Part shown: piece after piece, positions 49,501 to 61,545 of the stretch
Layout of the letters: every line of letters begins with the position of its first letter
Numbering within the stretch: position 1 is the stretch's first letter
Assembly (NCBI GenBank): GCA_900088475.1
Contig: FLMG01000787.1
Coordinates: forward strand, 1 to 64,000
DNA length: 64,000 nucleotides
From: Hyphochytrium catenoides
Taxonomy: Eukaryota > Protista > Hyphochytriomycota
Direction: 5' to 3'
Program-made: the position numbers and the translations under genes
The notes under the pieces: generated by a model
What the model was told of the DNA's origin: nothing
The model's database searches: none
The model's input: the letters and a program-made list of their open reading frames with translations, nothing else

Positions 49501-50583
49501 GGAGGTCCTTTGGGTTTCGATTAAAATCTGTATCTTAAACCTTTCTCCTACAGTGCTATCGCGTCGCTGCCTGAGAATGAAGCAATTGTCACGCTGGAGC
49601 GTATTTTGCAGTCTGAGGGTGACTATGAAGGCTGGCAGATGAGGCATGGACTGTGCGCCACTCTCTACCACGCCATCAAGGCCAATTCTTCTCTCCTCTC
49701 AACTCAGAAGGACGATGTAATCCAGAAGGTGGCGAGCTACCTTGCGGATGACAAGGTCAGGAACGAGGAGATTGGTCCCTGTGGAAGCCTATTCAGCTTT
49801 CTTACTCTCACTAATTGCTAAATTGGCTGTCTCTCTTTCCACGACAGTGTAACATCTAATTCGTCGCCTAGTCCAGAAGTCCCGCTTGAGTCATTTTTGT
49901 TTACCTTACCTTTACTTTACCCAGGTTCCCGTCAAAGAGGCCGCTTGCAGATGTGTCGGTGTCATCCTACTCCGTCTCCCGTCATCAGAGGTTGCATCCT
50001 CGCTGATGCCTGGGCTGGTCTCTTGCCTCAACGAGAGCAACAGTGACGTTAGAAAAAGCGCAGTGAGAGCCGTCAAGAAGGTGGCTAAGCGGTAAGGCGC
50101 ATCCTGTCCTGATCACCCTCAATCGCTCTTTTGCCATTAGGGTTCTCGCAACCTTGTTTTGATTTGCTGGTCGACAGTTTCCCTGACCTAACCTACATCG
50201 AAGAGGTCACTTGCGGACCCAAGCATAAGCTCTTGAGCTCCAGCTTAATGTTGGCTCAATCTAACTCACTATGACTGACTCAGATCCTGAATCCCATCTT
50301 TGTTCCTCCCACAACTTGATATAGGCATCCGGAGGTTACGCGTCCCCATCTCTCTCTCTTGGTGCCTCCTTTGCTGAAGTGCGTCAAGGAGATCCTCATT
50401 GCTCTTAAGCTAGCCGCTGAGAGGGCGTTACTGTATGTACTTGAGGTCCACAGCCGCCCTGAGACGCTGCAAGAATATCTCAAGACCTGTAGTCCAGAGA
50501 CAAGCAGGTTCCTTGCCGACTATGGAAAGAGGGTACTTGCCAGATTGAAAGCTGACAGCGGAGGTGAGAGTGATGAGGAGTAG
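34590..50583 (+). CDS. GCN1: eIF2-alpha kinase activator GCN1 (HEAT repeats), about 50 exons
   Basis: Conserved GCN1 blocks: [172 protein letters not shown]. Confidence 0.97.
47212..47431 (+). other. GC-AG intron in GCN1
   Basis: CAG|GCAAGT...TATCAG|GCA restores PHMQ|ALGAVAEVTG. The donor matches the consensus at every position except +2. Confidence 0.8.
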
Positions 50584-51287
50584 GCACGGTAGGACATTAC
50601 AAGCCTTTCACATTACTTAGTTAACGAAAGAGTCCGCTGCGGGGGTAGAGTCCTAGGCAGAAGCATGGATAGCAGATGCCCGCGTCTTTATAAATAGTGA
50701 GAGCAATTACTCTTTACTACATTCAATGGCCAATGATCAACCTTAGCAGAAGCCTTCTTTCCGGAACTTGCGTCAAGAGCGTAACGAGAGTATAAAGACA
50801 AGCGTTCGGTGTCTCCCTCAGGCGGCGGCACAAGTCATATAGCTTCCAACTCTTCTACTAGCCCTTCCTTGATAGTGAACTTTCGCCGATTAACCTCTCG
50901 CAGACTTGGATGTAGAGAAAGACACTAAGCTGATAGAGGAGTTACTGAATTTGCCCAGCATGCTCTCGCTTCGTCTCTTTCGCAGTCTTTTGTCTCATTC
51001 TATCTGTAGCTGCAAGATGTTCTTATAAATAAAGTCTATCCCTTTCTTCTACCTCTCTGCGTTCTTCTCTTTCTCTCTTCCTCTCCCACTAGTGCTACGC
51101 CTCCAATGTCTCTCATCCCTCATCCCTCATCACATTCCCTCTGCTCCCATAGTTGCCATGCCATGCAGCTCCCATTCACATGGACCTCGTCCTGCTGCTT
51201 GACTACTGATTGCTTGGCTCATAACTCACAGTGGGAGGGAGGTTCGGGATGGACTCTGCCAAGATTTGAGAGGTAGAAGCTCTTGGT

Positions 51288-51328
51288 GGTGGCGCCAAGA
51301 GTGACATTTCAAAAGTTTGAACTGGCGC
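51288..51328. promoter_or_regulatory. Candidate E2F/CHR-like cell-cycle module upstream of 3R-MYB
   Basis: GGCGCCAA (51291-51298), inverted hexamers TTCAAA-AG-TTTGAA (51308-51321) and TGGCGC (51323-51328). Confidence 0.3.
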
Positions 51329-51544
51329 TTGTCAAGCACTGGGTCTTTATCTCACAAGCAACTCTACCACATAACTTGTGTATTCGGGACAGTTTCAACT
51401 CTCTTATTAGTTATTATGAGGATCTTTGATCCTGTGTAAGGGTCACTTGGCAGACCACTTTCCTCACGGCTTAAAGCCACTCGAAGAAGCAACAGAGTCA
51501 TTTCTTCCTCTCTTTCCCGCATTCGCCAGAGCAGCAAAGGGACC

Positions 51545-51645
51545 AGAGCAAGAGCTACAGAGACAGAGCGAGACGAGAGAGAGAGAGACACACGAGAGAG
51601 AGATGGAGAGCACGGCTGGGAGAAAGAGTCAGAGAGAGACAGAGG
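51545..51645. repeat. GA-rich tract upstream of 3R-MYB
   Basis: Interrupted (GA)n runs. Confidence 0.75.
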
Positions 51646-52359
51646 AGTACGAGGTCTGCAGCACGCAAGGCAAAGGAAGGCATCGCCAAGAAGGGAAGAT
51701 GCCAGAGATATACTGATGACGCCAGAGAAGGTGGCTATTTAATAGCAAGAGAGAGCCTGCAACAACGACGAAGAAATGAGAGGAAGAAGAGGGTTATGAG
51801 CAGAAAGCTGAAGCAGGCGGGTACCAGCTTCCTTAGCCGTAGCACGGGCTGCTCCTTCCTCCTACGTTAACGCTCCGAAGAGTCAAAGACCAGACAGTTT
51901 GGACTGCTTTCTTGCTACTGACATTTGTATCACCCGAGACTTTGAAGGCGTCCATCGATATCTATCTCCTCTATTTTCTGTTTACGCCAAGCAGCGGCCA
52001 GCGCAAACAGGCAACACTTACCAAGGAGATTGGAGAAGAACAGTAGAGGAGTTCTTCTACTTGAGAGCGCTGAAAGCAATCCTCACTTGCTGACTTTCTA
52101 TTCAGCACGTGAAGAAGGGAACTTCCGCAGGAATTGCCTTCCTTCGGGGGATGTAGGGCGGATACCTATCTGCTTGAGGACTAGAGGTGCTTCCCTGAGA
52201 AGCTCTACCACTCGATTTGTCTATCTTCAGGGCTCCTTATCTGCGACCTGTCATGTGCCACCGTCCACTCTTGCGTCTACTTCGTGCCAAACCCCTTAGA
52301 CAGCCATTTTCCTGCATCTAGTCATCTCCCACTCTCCTCTGTCCTCACTTTGCAAGATA

Positions 52360-55300
52360 ATGTCGGGAAGTGCTGCAAAGGAGGGCAAGCCCGCCAGTAA
52401 GGTCAAGTGGACTAAAGAGGAGGTAAATCTGCGCCTCGAGCCTCTTGCCTCTCGCCAAGCTACGTATTCTTCATTGTCACCCATGAACTGAGCATGACGT
52501 CTGTAGCTCCAACTCTCCCCTGGCTCTCACTCCTAGATCCCCTACCCTCCGCCATGTTGTACCTTCTTCTCCTTCTTCTCCCTTTTTATTCTTCCCAGAC
52601 TTAATAACCGCCGTGCCTTCGGGGCAGCCACGTTTGTCTTCACTTACCTCTTTCCTCTTGCTGGTTACTTGTTACCTTCACGAAGACCTATCCTCAATCC
52701 TAAGTCCCACCCCCGGTCATTGAAAGGACTCAGGAGGCTTTCTTGTATCTTCCACAACGTGGCGAGTTCTCCCGTTGCTAGAGAGTATCCTGAGTCCTTT
52801 CTTTGACCTCTCCCCGCACAATATTCCTTCTTCTCCTCTGTCGCTTTATGCTCTATCGCTGACTTTTTACGTCCGTCTTTATGTACTGGTTCCCGCGATT
52901 TTTAAAAGGATGAGAAACTTCGAGCAGCCGTTGAGGCTCACAATGGCAAGAACTGGAAGCAAATAGCGGAAGTTTTTGACGACCGGACCGACGTTCAATG
53001 CTTGCATCGATGGCAGAAAGTGCTGAACCCTAATGTTGTCAAGGGCCCCTGGACACCAGAGGTATGTATGCATTCCGTACATGGTCGTTATACCTTCACT
53101 GTGGAAATCTGTACAAGATCATAGTGGCGCCTTTGCCCTCTGACCCCGCTACTCAGCCATTATCCTTGTTTTCGCGCCTGCTCCATAGCTTATTGCCTTT
53201 TCATGGCTCAGGGCGACTGCCTACATCTCCGCAACTTCTTCCCTCTGTCCATGTACTACTTGAGATCACTTAGCCACTCTATGGGGTCGCAGGAGGACGA
53301 GAAAGTAATCCAGCTGGTGGCGAAGTACGGTGCAAAAAAATGGTCGCAGATCTCTCAGCATTTACCTGGCCGGATTGGAAAGCAATGTCGTGAGAGGTAC
53401 ACAGCTGCCATCCCTCCATAACCTTCATGGTCCCCTACTCTTCCCTCAAGTTGCCTGTTGAAAAGCCGCATACTTGCCGTACTATCCATCCATTCTCCTT
53501 CTCCTTGTAATTTCCCTTCGCTTGCGCATATTCTTGTACCACGCCCATTTTATAGAAAATCTAGCCCTTGTCCTCTTGCGGCTTCCCTTTGACGTTAAGC
53601 GGCTACCTTACGGTGACTACCGCCTTTCTCTCGACCTGTCTGACATGGCCCCTGCTTTACTACTGCGGGTGCTACTGTGTCTCTTCCCCTTATGCTTCTT
53701 AGATGGCACAACCATCTAAATCCTGAGATCCGGAAAGACCCATGGACTGAGGAGGAAGACAACATCATTCTTGAAGCTCACAAGACGTAGGCACTTTTTG
53801 ACTGGGTTCAATGCCCTTCTGTGCGGCTAACAACACGGACCCTACGGTCCGGCGTCTATTCCTCTGCTCTCCCTCTTTCTCATCTCTCTTCTCTCCTCTC
53901 CCACTCTCTCTTGCTTGATCGCTCATTCGCGCCGACACGGTGTGCCCTGGTCTTATAAGATTCGGCAATAAATGGGCTGATATTGCCAAGCTCTTGCCTG
54001 GCAGGACTGACAATGCCATCAAAAACCACTGGAATTCATCCATGAAGGTGCAGCGTGTTTTGAGATTACTACCTTTTTTTCTGTTGTTCGACTTTGAAGA
54101 TACCGTTATTCAGATGCTACTTCTTCCTCTTTGACGGCATACGTCATGCAGCACTACATGGAAGAGCGTGGGCAACCGTCTATAATGCCTGACCACAGTT
54201 TCCTGGACCACTGCTCCTTCAACCCTATTACTCTTTGAGAACTGGCCCCTTCCGGCTCTGACGACCCAATCATTAAGTCTGCCGGTCTTCTGTTGTTCTC
54301 CCGTCTTAGCGCAAATATGAGGCTCTTTTGGCTGAAGGAAAGACCGGCCCTACGCCGCAAAGGGCACCAAGTGCGGTTCGAGAACCTAAGCCACTTCTCA
54401 CGTCCACGGCGAGCCCGCAACCTAGACATGAAAGCGGTATGGTTAGGGTTTCGCGTTGACGTGCCACCGCCTTAGGCCGACACGCCATCTCCCACATCCG
54501 TTCCATGCAGCCTTTACTGTTTATCTGCTTTTCCTCTGTGAGATGACCTGGGATTGGAGTGTACTTCATCTCATTTATTAATTGATAACCCGACAGGTGA
54601 GAGTCGGATTTGTCTTGAGGGCGAAGCCAAAGTCAAGATCGCTGGGTTTTCTCCTGGTCTATTTTCTTTATCTCAAACGACTACAGAAGAAGAATCCGTC
54701 TGCGAAAGTCAGAGCACATCCATTGCAATTCTGACTCCACCGAACAGGAAGCCCAGGAGGGAGAGGAGGTGAGGTTGAGCTGATGGTACTTGTCTCTTAC
54801 TCTCTTGGTCCCTACCCTCTCGTCACTGATCTAAGCATGACGACGTCTCTTAGCTCCATTCGAGGCAGTCCGCCTGCTAGCGGCGCTGCTGCACGGAAGC
54901 GCTATGTGCAAGCAAACGGTAGAGTAATCGTGTCAAAATATACCTAGCATTGAGCGAGAGAACTCAGAATCTCACTTATACCTTGACCGTAACGTGCTGC
55001 CCCTCTTTCTCGCTCACTGCCTTCGTCATTCGTTGTCAACATCCTTCCCCACACCCAAATTGGCCTCTCCTTTGTTGGTCCGTTGCCTATTCTCGCATCC
55101 CTCTTGTCCCTTCTGGTCCTATCGTCCTGCACATATAGAGACTCTCTCTGATAGTTGCTCGACATCCGATGAGGAGTTTGGCTCCCCTGGGGACAGTCCA
55201 AGTGATGTTACCCTAGCCAAGCGAATATTTAAGGCCATGCGTTCACCATCTTCCAACGATGTACGGCGCAATGCTTATCACCAATGTTCCTCTCGTCGTT

Positions 55301-57066
55301 CCTGATCATATTGCAATTTTGCGCTATAATCCCTGTTGGCTTTTTTGCTTGTCCAAAACAGGCTCTTGCCGGGTCCACCACCTCTGAGAAGCTAAGAGTA
55401 ATCAACTCTTCTATAAGGGGAGTTGCCAAGATGCCAGAGCTGCTTCAGCGAGGAAAAGAAGGAGGTGGCGAATCACTTTGCCTTTGTGACCCGCTTCCGT
55501 TGTGCAAGATATAGATCTATTTGCTTTCTTCGGTTGCTCTTTCACGCACTTTCAAATTGTGTTACCCCATTATAGCAGATCCTCCTTATACGCCCCTAGT
55601 GTCTCGCTTTCCTCTCTTGTTATCTTAATGGCGATGAACACTTTCCTCTCCTGTTATCGTAATGGCGATGATAAAAGGCTAATCCTCCATATAGATCTCC
55701 AGTCTCCACCCAGACTCACTCCCATACGAGGAATCCGCTTCTCTCCACCGCCACCCGTTACATCGCCGACTCCGCAGACCCCAAAGGAGCTAAAAACTAC
55801 CAAAACCCCTCAAAGCTTGTAAGAAGACGTCGTCTGTGTCACGATATCTGTGCTTACGGTTGTTATAACCAATGATCGTCGCTGTCAAGAGCAAAGATAT
55901 TCTTTTTCTCTCTCCTTTCCCTTTTACCTCTTGCTCGACGTCTGTAAAGGAGCTGAACAAGAGTGCCTTTCGACTTCATGGCGAGACTCCGGCACCCTCT
56001 CTACTTGATTGCTTCGGGGTTAATGCGATTCTTCTATCCGAGCGTCTGCACCCTCTGTGTACTATGACTCGCTCTTAATTCAGCTCCTGACCAGGAAATG
56101 TCTTTTAACTGCTTTGAACAGGCGTGCCCGGAAGACTCCTACGACAACTTTCTTAAACAGCACTCCTGGGACAGATGTTAGTCTTAAGACAAACACACCA
56201 GGAGCGACACCAGGGAGTTGGGGGACGCCTCTCCGGTACGTCCAAGTGTGCTGAGAAGCTCTTCTTCCCCTACAGCCCTCCATTCTGCCGCACCTTATTG
56301 TCTCTCCTTGATCCTTCCACTTCTCTGTCTCCCTCCTGCCGCCTTCTTTCCTTGCCGGCAAGACTTTCCTGCAGCAATCCTACCTATCAGGTCCCCGTTA
56401 CACCTAGACTCATCGTCCTCTTCGTGCTTACAAAAATCGTTCCTTTTCTTCGCCTTACAAGCTAACTGGGGTTCTCATGCTCCCAGACGCACACCTAGCC
56501 GTAGGTATAAGGCCGGATTCGCTCCCTTCCCCCTTCTTCTGACACCCTCGGGGGTAAGAATGAATCCTAGGCGTGACCACCTTGACTTCCATTCTTACGA
56601 CAGTTCTCTTGCTCCCCAGACTAAGGACTTAATGGGCGACTTTATGTCGGACGAAGGAACACTATTGGACACCATCTGCCTGGATCCCCCCATTCAAAGG
56701 TAGTCTGAATGAAACACTTCTCGTACTCTAAGAGAACATTTCGCCTACATATATCTACCACGCGTTCACACCAACGAGAGGTTAACTCCACTTCTTGGAA
56801 CTTTCAATACTTGTGCGGCCTCCTCGGCTTCAATCAGTCCACTGTTAAACCTCATCTCAGCTACGCCCCTCGTATTACATCTCTCTCTATTATGCTTCCT
56901 GATTTTAAGTGCCGCTCTTAACTGAAACTGCAGTCCTCTACGCTTCTCGCTTGGAACCCGAAGTCCTTTCTCCAACCTTCTCAATAGTGATATGAACGCA
57001 ACGATGGCTTCTGAAGGAGCGTCACTGTCAAAGAGGGATCTAAAATCGCCTCGTCTTGGTCAGTGA
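52360..57066 (+). CDS. MYB3R: Three-repeat MYB transcription factor (R1R2R3 / MYB3R) with S/TP-rich C-terminus; multi-exon
   Basis: KVKWTKEE|DEKL...NWKQIA...[26 protein letters not shown]|[20 protein letters not shown]...[10 protein letters not shown]|[19 protein letters not shown]...[29 protein letters not shown]|RK. The last exon ends ...KSPRLGQ* at 57066. Internal C-terminal exons are less certain. Confidence 0.93.
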
Positions 57067-57585
57067 TCATCACTCTAGCTCTCCACAGCGTTCTTTTTTC
57101 TTGAGTTTCTGCATGGCTATCGCTGTGTTTTTGGTCTGGTGCTCAAGCGTGTCATTCTTAACTTTTGGCCCTCGCCAAGCGGTGATTAGCCTGTGTATTT
57201 GCCATCAACTCAGCAGCTGCATCTGTGTTCTTCTTCAAAATAAGCAGCTGCCGATCGGTGCTCAGGACCAGAAACTGGGGGAGTCAGACGGGATTCTGCG
57301 CGGACTCCAAAGCAGATATCGCAGGGAACGCCATTGTTGTCTCCTTTCAGTCCCAAACTTCTGTTAAACTAACTTACTCGGCCTCTTGAGCTCCGGGGTA
57401 AGGAGAATGCTGTAGTAACGATAGCCTGAGACGCGAGGAATGAACATGTACATTGAAAATTCTATATAACACTGCTGTGACTTTTACTGCCGACGCTGTC
57501 CACTCCAATCACGTGTAGACTTTCCCCTCAGTTCTGGTTGGGATCCGAACATTAACAGCGCGCGTCTGCCTCGGCCAAACGCCTT

Positions 57586-57615
57586 TGCGCCCTCTCTGGT
57601 TGCGCCCTCTCTGGT
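57586..57615. repeat. Perfect 15-bp tandem duplication (TGCGCCCTCTCTGGT x2)
   Basis: Directly visible between the convergent MYB and PP2C 3' ends. Confidence 0.9.
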
Positions 57616-57753
57616 TGGTATTCAAGATGCCATGGAGCCATTTTAAGCCATCTCAAGCTCATGATGGATGCACCAGAGCCGTGGGAACCATTAATGTCAT
57701 CTTTGCCTTCTTTGTGACGCCTTAGTATGGGTCAAAGGTTCCTATGAACTCAT

Positions 57754-60700
57754 CTACTTTAGGCTGCTCTGCCTGGATTGCCCCACAAGTTTCTTGTAAT
57801 TCCCGTTATGGTGCTGCACTTGTGATGACTGGACAGCCAAGTCGATGACAACCGCCGTAATGTTGTCAGCGCTGCCCTTCTTAGCTGCTGTATCCGTCAA
57901 AATTCGACAAATAGCATCTGGAGTCATCGTCTGACGATGCTTCAAGACGATGTCTACCGCTTCTTGATTGCTCAACACGTCCCATAGCCCGTCTGTTGCT
58001 AGGATTAGGAAATCATCCTTGTCTGTAAGAGTCCAGCATGTGATTTCAGCCTCGGAGGTGACGTAGGGTTTAAGTGCTGCGTCACCAAAGGCCCGAGCCA
58101 CAGCCAGTGTCCCATTAACTCTGTATGTGGACCTTTGTAGCGTGACCGATCCTCCAATGGCCTCTATCCGAGCCCTTTCCTTAGGATTGTTGGGCTTGTG
58201 GTCAGTGGAGAGCTGCACCGCCACCTGATTTGAACACAGAACCGCCCGAGAATCGCCAACGTTTGCCACGTAGAGCTGCTTTGCCCTATGGAAGATTGTG
58301 ATAGCGGTACTACCGTCCCTGATCCCTTGCGCTCTGGCATCCGATAGGAAGGCTCTATCCATCTCAGAAAATCCCCGACGAATTGCTTCCTTCAAGTCTC
58401 CGACAGAAAACTGTTGCTGGACCACCACGTATCCAGGGAGGTGAGCTGCGAGTGTCCTATCGAAAAAATCAGGTGAGACGAGGTATATGCCGAAGAAGAT
58501 AAAGTCAGCACGCGAGACGCTCAGAGCAATCAGGCTAAGACAAAGACGACGAGTCAAAAACGAGTAAGGACCACAGAGAGAGATAAACTGGGTAAAGCAA
58601 GTGCCTAAGACTTAGATGGCCCATGCCGGGAAGGTCGCTCATGAACGAAAGCGTAGGGAGATGGATATAGAGAGTGTGGCCCGACTTACTGTGAGCATCT
58701 TGGCCCCGCATGCCCATCAAAAACGCCATAGAAGTTAGTACTGGTGACAGCCCCTGACGCTCTCGAGATAGCTAGGTAGTCTTGCAAGTGGTGCTCGATG
58801 TCTTCGATAACCCTAAAGGAATCTTCCATGTAAGGGCGGGCACCTTGAATGGAGGAAACGCCCCATCGAACGGATACAGGCGGAGGAAGAGAGCTAGATT
58901 TAGCTTTCTCTTCTATCAGCTGCGGTCTAAGCTCTGAGGCTTTCGAGGGACTTTGAAAGGGGTGCTTTGAGGTCGATGACATGGCATCCTGCTGCCATCT
59001 TCCGCCCCCGCCTGCCGCTGACTCGTGCAAAACGCCCCCAGAGTTTGATCTCTGTGTCCTGTAAGGGAGAGCCCTATACTCTCCTTTAGCTCCTACTGTT
59101 CCTGCACTGTTGCCCTCATCGCTATAGCATCGGCCTTGCGCATCTATTGTCTCGTCGAGTTGCGAGGGCACATCGAAGGCGAAGGAGCTAGACTTGAGCC
59201 TTCCTAGACCAGTAGAGAGGGTAACGCGATTTGCTGTTAGTTGAGTCAAGGCAGCTGCAGAGATTCCTCCTTCAAGCGAAAGGTTGCTAGCACTTGGGTT
59301 GGGAAGTAAGGGGCTCAGCTGGTTGGCCCTCGTTGGGGACCTTTGCCCACCGTTACTTGTGGCAGTAGCTGTTGTGTAGGATGAGGCCAAGGACGGAGCA
59401 GTAAGTGGAGGAGCAACGGGAGACATTTCAGACCCGAGACTTTCGGTAAAAGAGTAAACGAAGCTGTCACCCGGCCCTTCATTTCCCCTGACTGGACTGC
59501 CACTCAGCCCTTGCGGGCCTCTCTCCCTATCTCTCTTGGGGGAGGAGCCCTTGCCCCAGGAAGCTGATGCAGAGGGTGAAGTCTGAAGAGGTTCCAGACA
59601 ATAGTTGGTGGCCGGTATCTCCCTCCTTTGCGGACTAGATGGTCCTATGCCACCCTCTGTTGCGCTGCAAGTGCTGAAGCTGCTGCCCGATTCTCCTCCA
59701 GGTGGATCTAAATATGGCGCTATGGGAGCCGCCTTCATCGGGCTGATTGGAGGAGAAAGTCCGCTTTGCTTTGCTTTCATAAAGGGGTTAGAGGATCGCT
59801 CTTCCGCGTTAAAAGAGCCAGATGTCCGGATAAACGGATCGATCTGGGCCTTAGCGGATGAGGGGTAACTTCCAGAGGTCTGAACACGTGAAGCTCCTTC
59901 AATCTGTGGAACTCTGACAACCAGAACGCTGTATGGCTCCGCATCCAGTCTGTTCGAACCTTCAGAAGGAGATTGCTTGTGGGCCAAAGTTTGGTCAGCA
60001 GAGCGAGGATGCAGCGGCCTCTCTGGAGATCTCCCCCCTCCTCCCCTGCTTGCCACTGGCACTGCATTGCTCCATCTGGTTCCATTTTGAAGAGAGATTG
60101 TCTTTCCCAAGCTTCCAGCCTTTGATGGGCTGCGATTATCCTCTAACAGCTCATTTTTCTTGACTTTGGAAGGAGAGATACCAGATGTAGTGGTGACCCA
60201 TTCTGGAGGCCTGCTTTTGCTGTTTACTTTGTCACTGTTCCCATATGACGTTGGAGAGTGGGCTTTACTAGGAGGCCCTTGGTGAGAATTCAGCACCCCC
60301 CGTCGTTGTGTCCCATCATGAACGGTCTGGCTTGCTCCCAAAGGATCTTTATTGTGAGGCTTTGGCATAGAAGATGCTGTGGATAATGGTGGCGGTATGT
60401 CCAGGCCTGCAACTCCTGAATAAGGGGAGTTCGACTTCTCCTTGTCCTTAGCAAGGGATGGCCCTTCTCTAGGTGCGCCTTCCTTACGCATATTCGAGGT
60501 TCGAAGTCGCCCGTTTGCAGTGCCATTTTTTGGCGAATCTGCATTTTTCCGATAAGTCAACGATGGTTAGTACCAGGAAGGAATATTGCACGCTGGCCTT
60601 TGACGAGGCCCTTGATTACCTGCAGTGCTGTTAGACTTTGAGGATGCGGCGCCCGCACCATCGCTTGGAATAGTAACTATGGGCTTAACACTCCCGGGCC

Positions 60701-60782
60701 CTCCGTGAAAGAGCTGAGACATGGCTTCCCTAGACACGAGGATTGTCTCGGGGCTGGCATGAGTAAATCGTTTTGACGTCAT
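57754..60782 (-). CDS. Protein phosphatase 2C (PPM family) with about 600-aa disordered N-terminus; 3 exons
   Basis: SIQGARPYMED, FYGVFDGHAG, DGSTA, LYVANVGDSRAVL, LSTDHKP, LAVARAFGD, FLILATDGLWDV and GSADNIT: all metal-binding Asp motifs are present. Confidence 0.95.
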
Positions 60783-61189
60783 CGCGACTCCACTGCCCTG
60801 AGCACATCTGGCCCGCGATATCCCCAGGTCAACTATTTACTTTTTGCATGCTTTGACAGAATGACTTAACTTGCTCTCTAGCATCAACTGGATGCTCTAA
60901 AAATCATGAACCGGCCTTCAATCGGTCAAGCGTGGATTGGGAGTCATATAAGACAGGAATTGAGCTTGCTCATTCATGGCCACTTTCCTTTCGTAAGAGA
61001 CGACGGAAGCTGCCAACAACGGGCCATTCGTGCCTCTTTGCTACTGATTATAATGACGCTAGCTGAAGTAGGGAATAAGAGTCTGGCGGACGCAGATGGC
61101 AGCCAGGAAACCGGTAGACTAAGTAAGGGTAAGAAGAAGAGAAGGATCGGCTTTGCACCCAACTGCCTGTGAACAACCTAGAAACTGTC

Positions 61190-61545
61190 TCGGATGGAGA
61201 GGGGAGGTAGAAGTGGATGGGACCAAGAATAACGAAAGAGGAAGGAGTAGTAGATGAGGAGGGATAAAGCAAGTGGCAGGGAGCTTGAGCTAGAGATTAA
61301 GAGAAGAGAGAGATTGAGGGTAAAGTGTTGGGTGGAGAGCGACAGTGAGGACGAGAGCGAATAAGATCGAGCGAGAGCAAAAAGTGGGAGAGAGCGAACC
61401 ACAGAGAAGACAGTGGGGGAGAGACAACGAGCAACAGAGAAGACAGTGGGGGAGAGACGACGAGCGAGAGACAGAAAGAAGAGGGGAAGAAAGAGGAGAG
61501 AGAAGAGGTAAGAACGACGGAGAGAGAGAGAGAGAGAAGGAAGCG
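61190..61545. repeat. Purine-rich (CT-rich on the PP2C sense strand) tract with a 33-bp tandem duplication at 61401-61466
   Basis: ACAGAGAAGACAGTGGGGGAGAGAC(A/G)ACGAGC x2 within GA-rich sequence upstream of PP2C. Confidence 0.85.
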
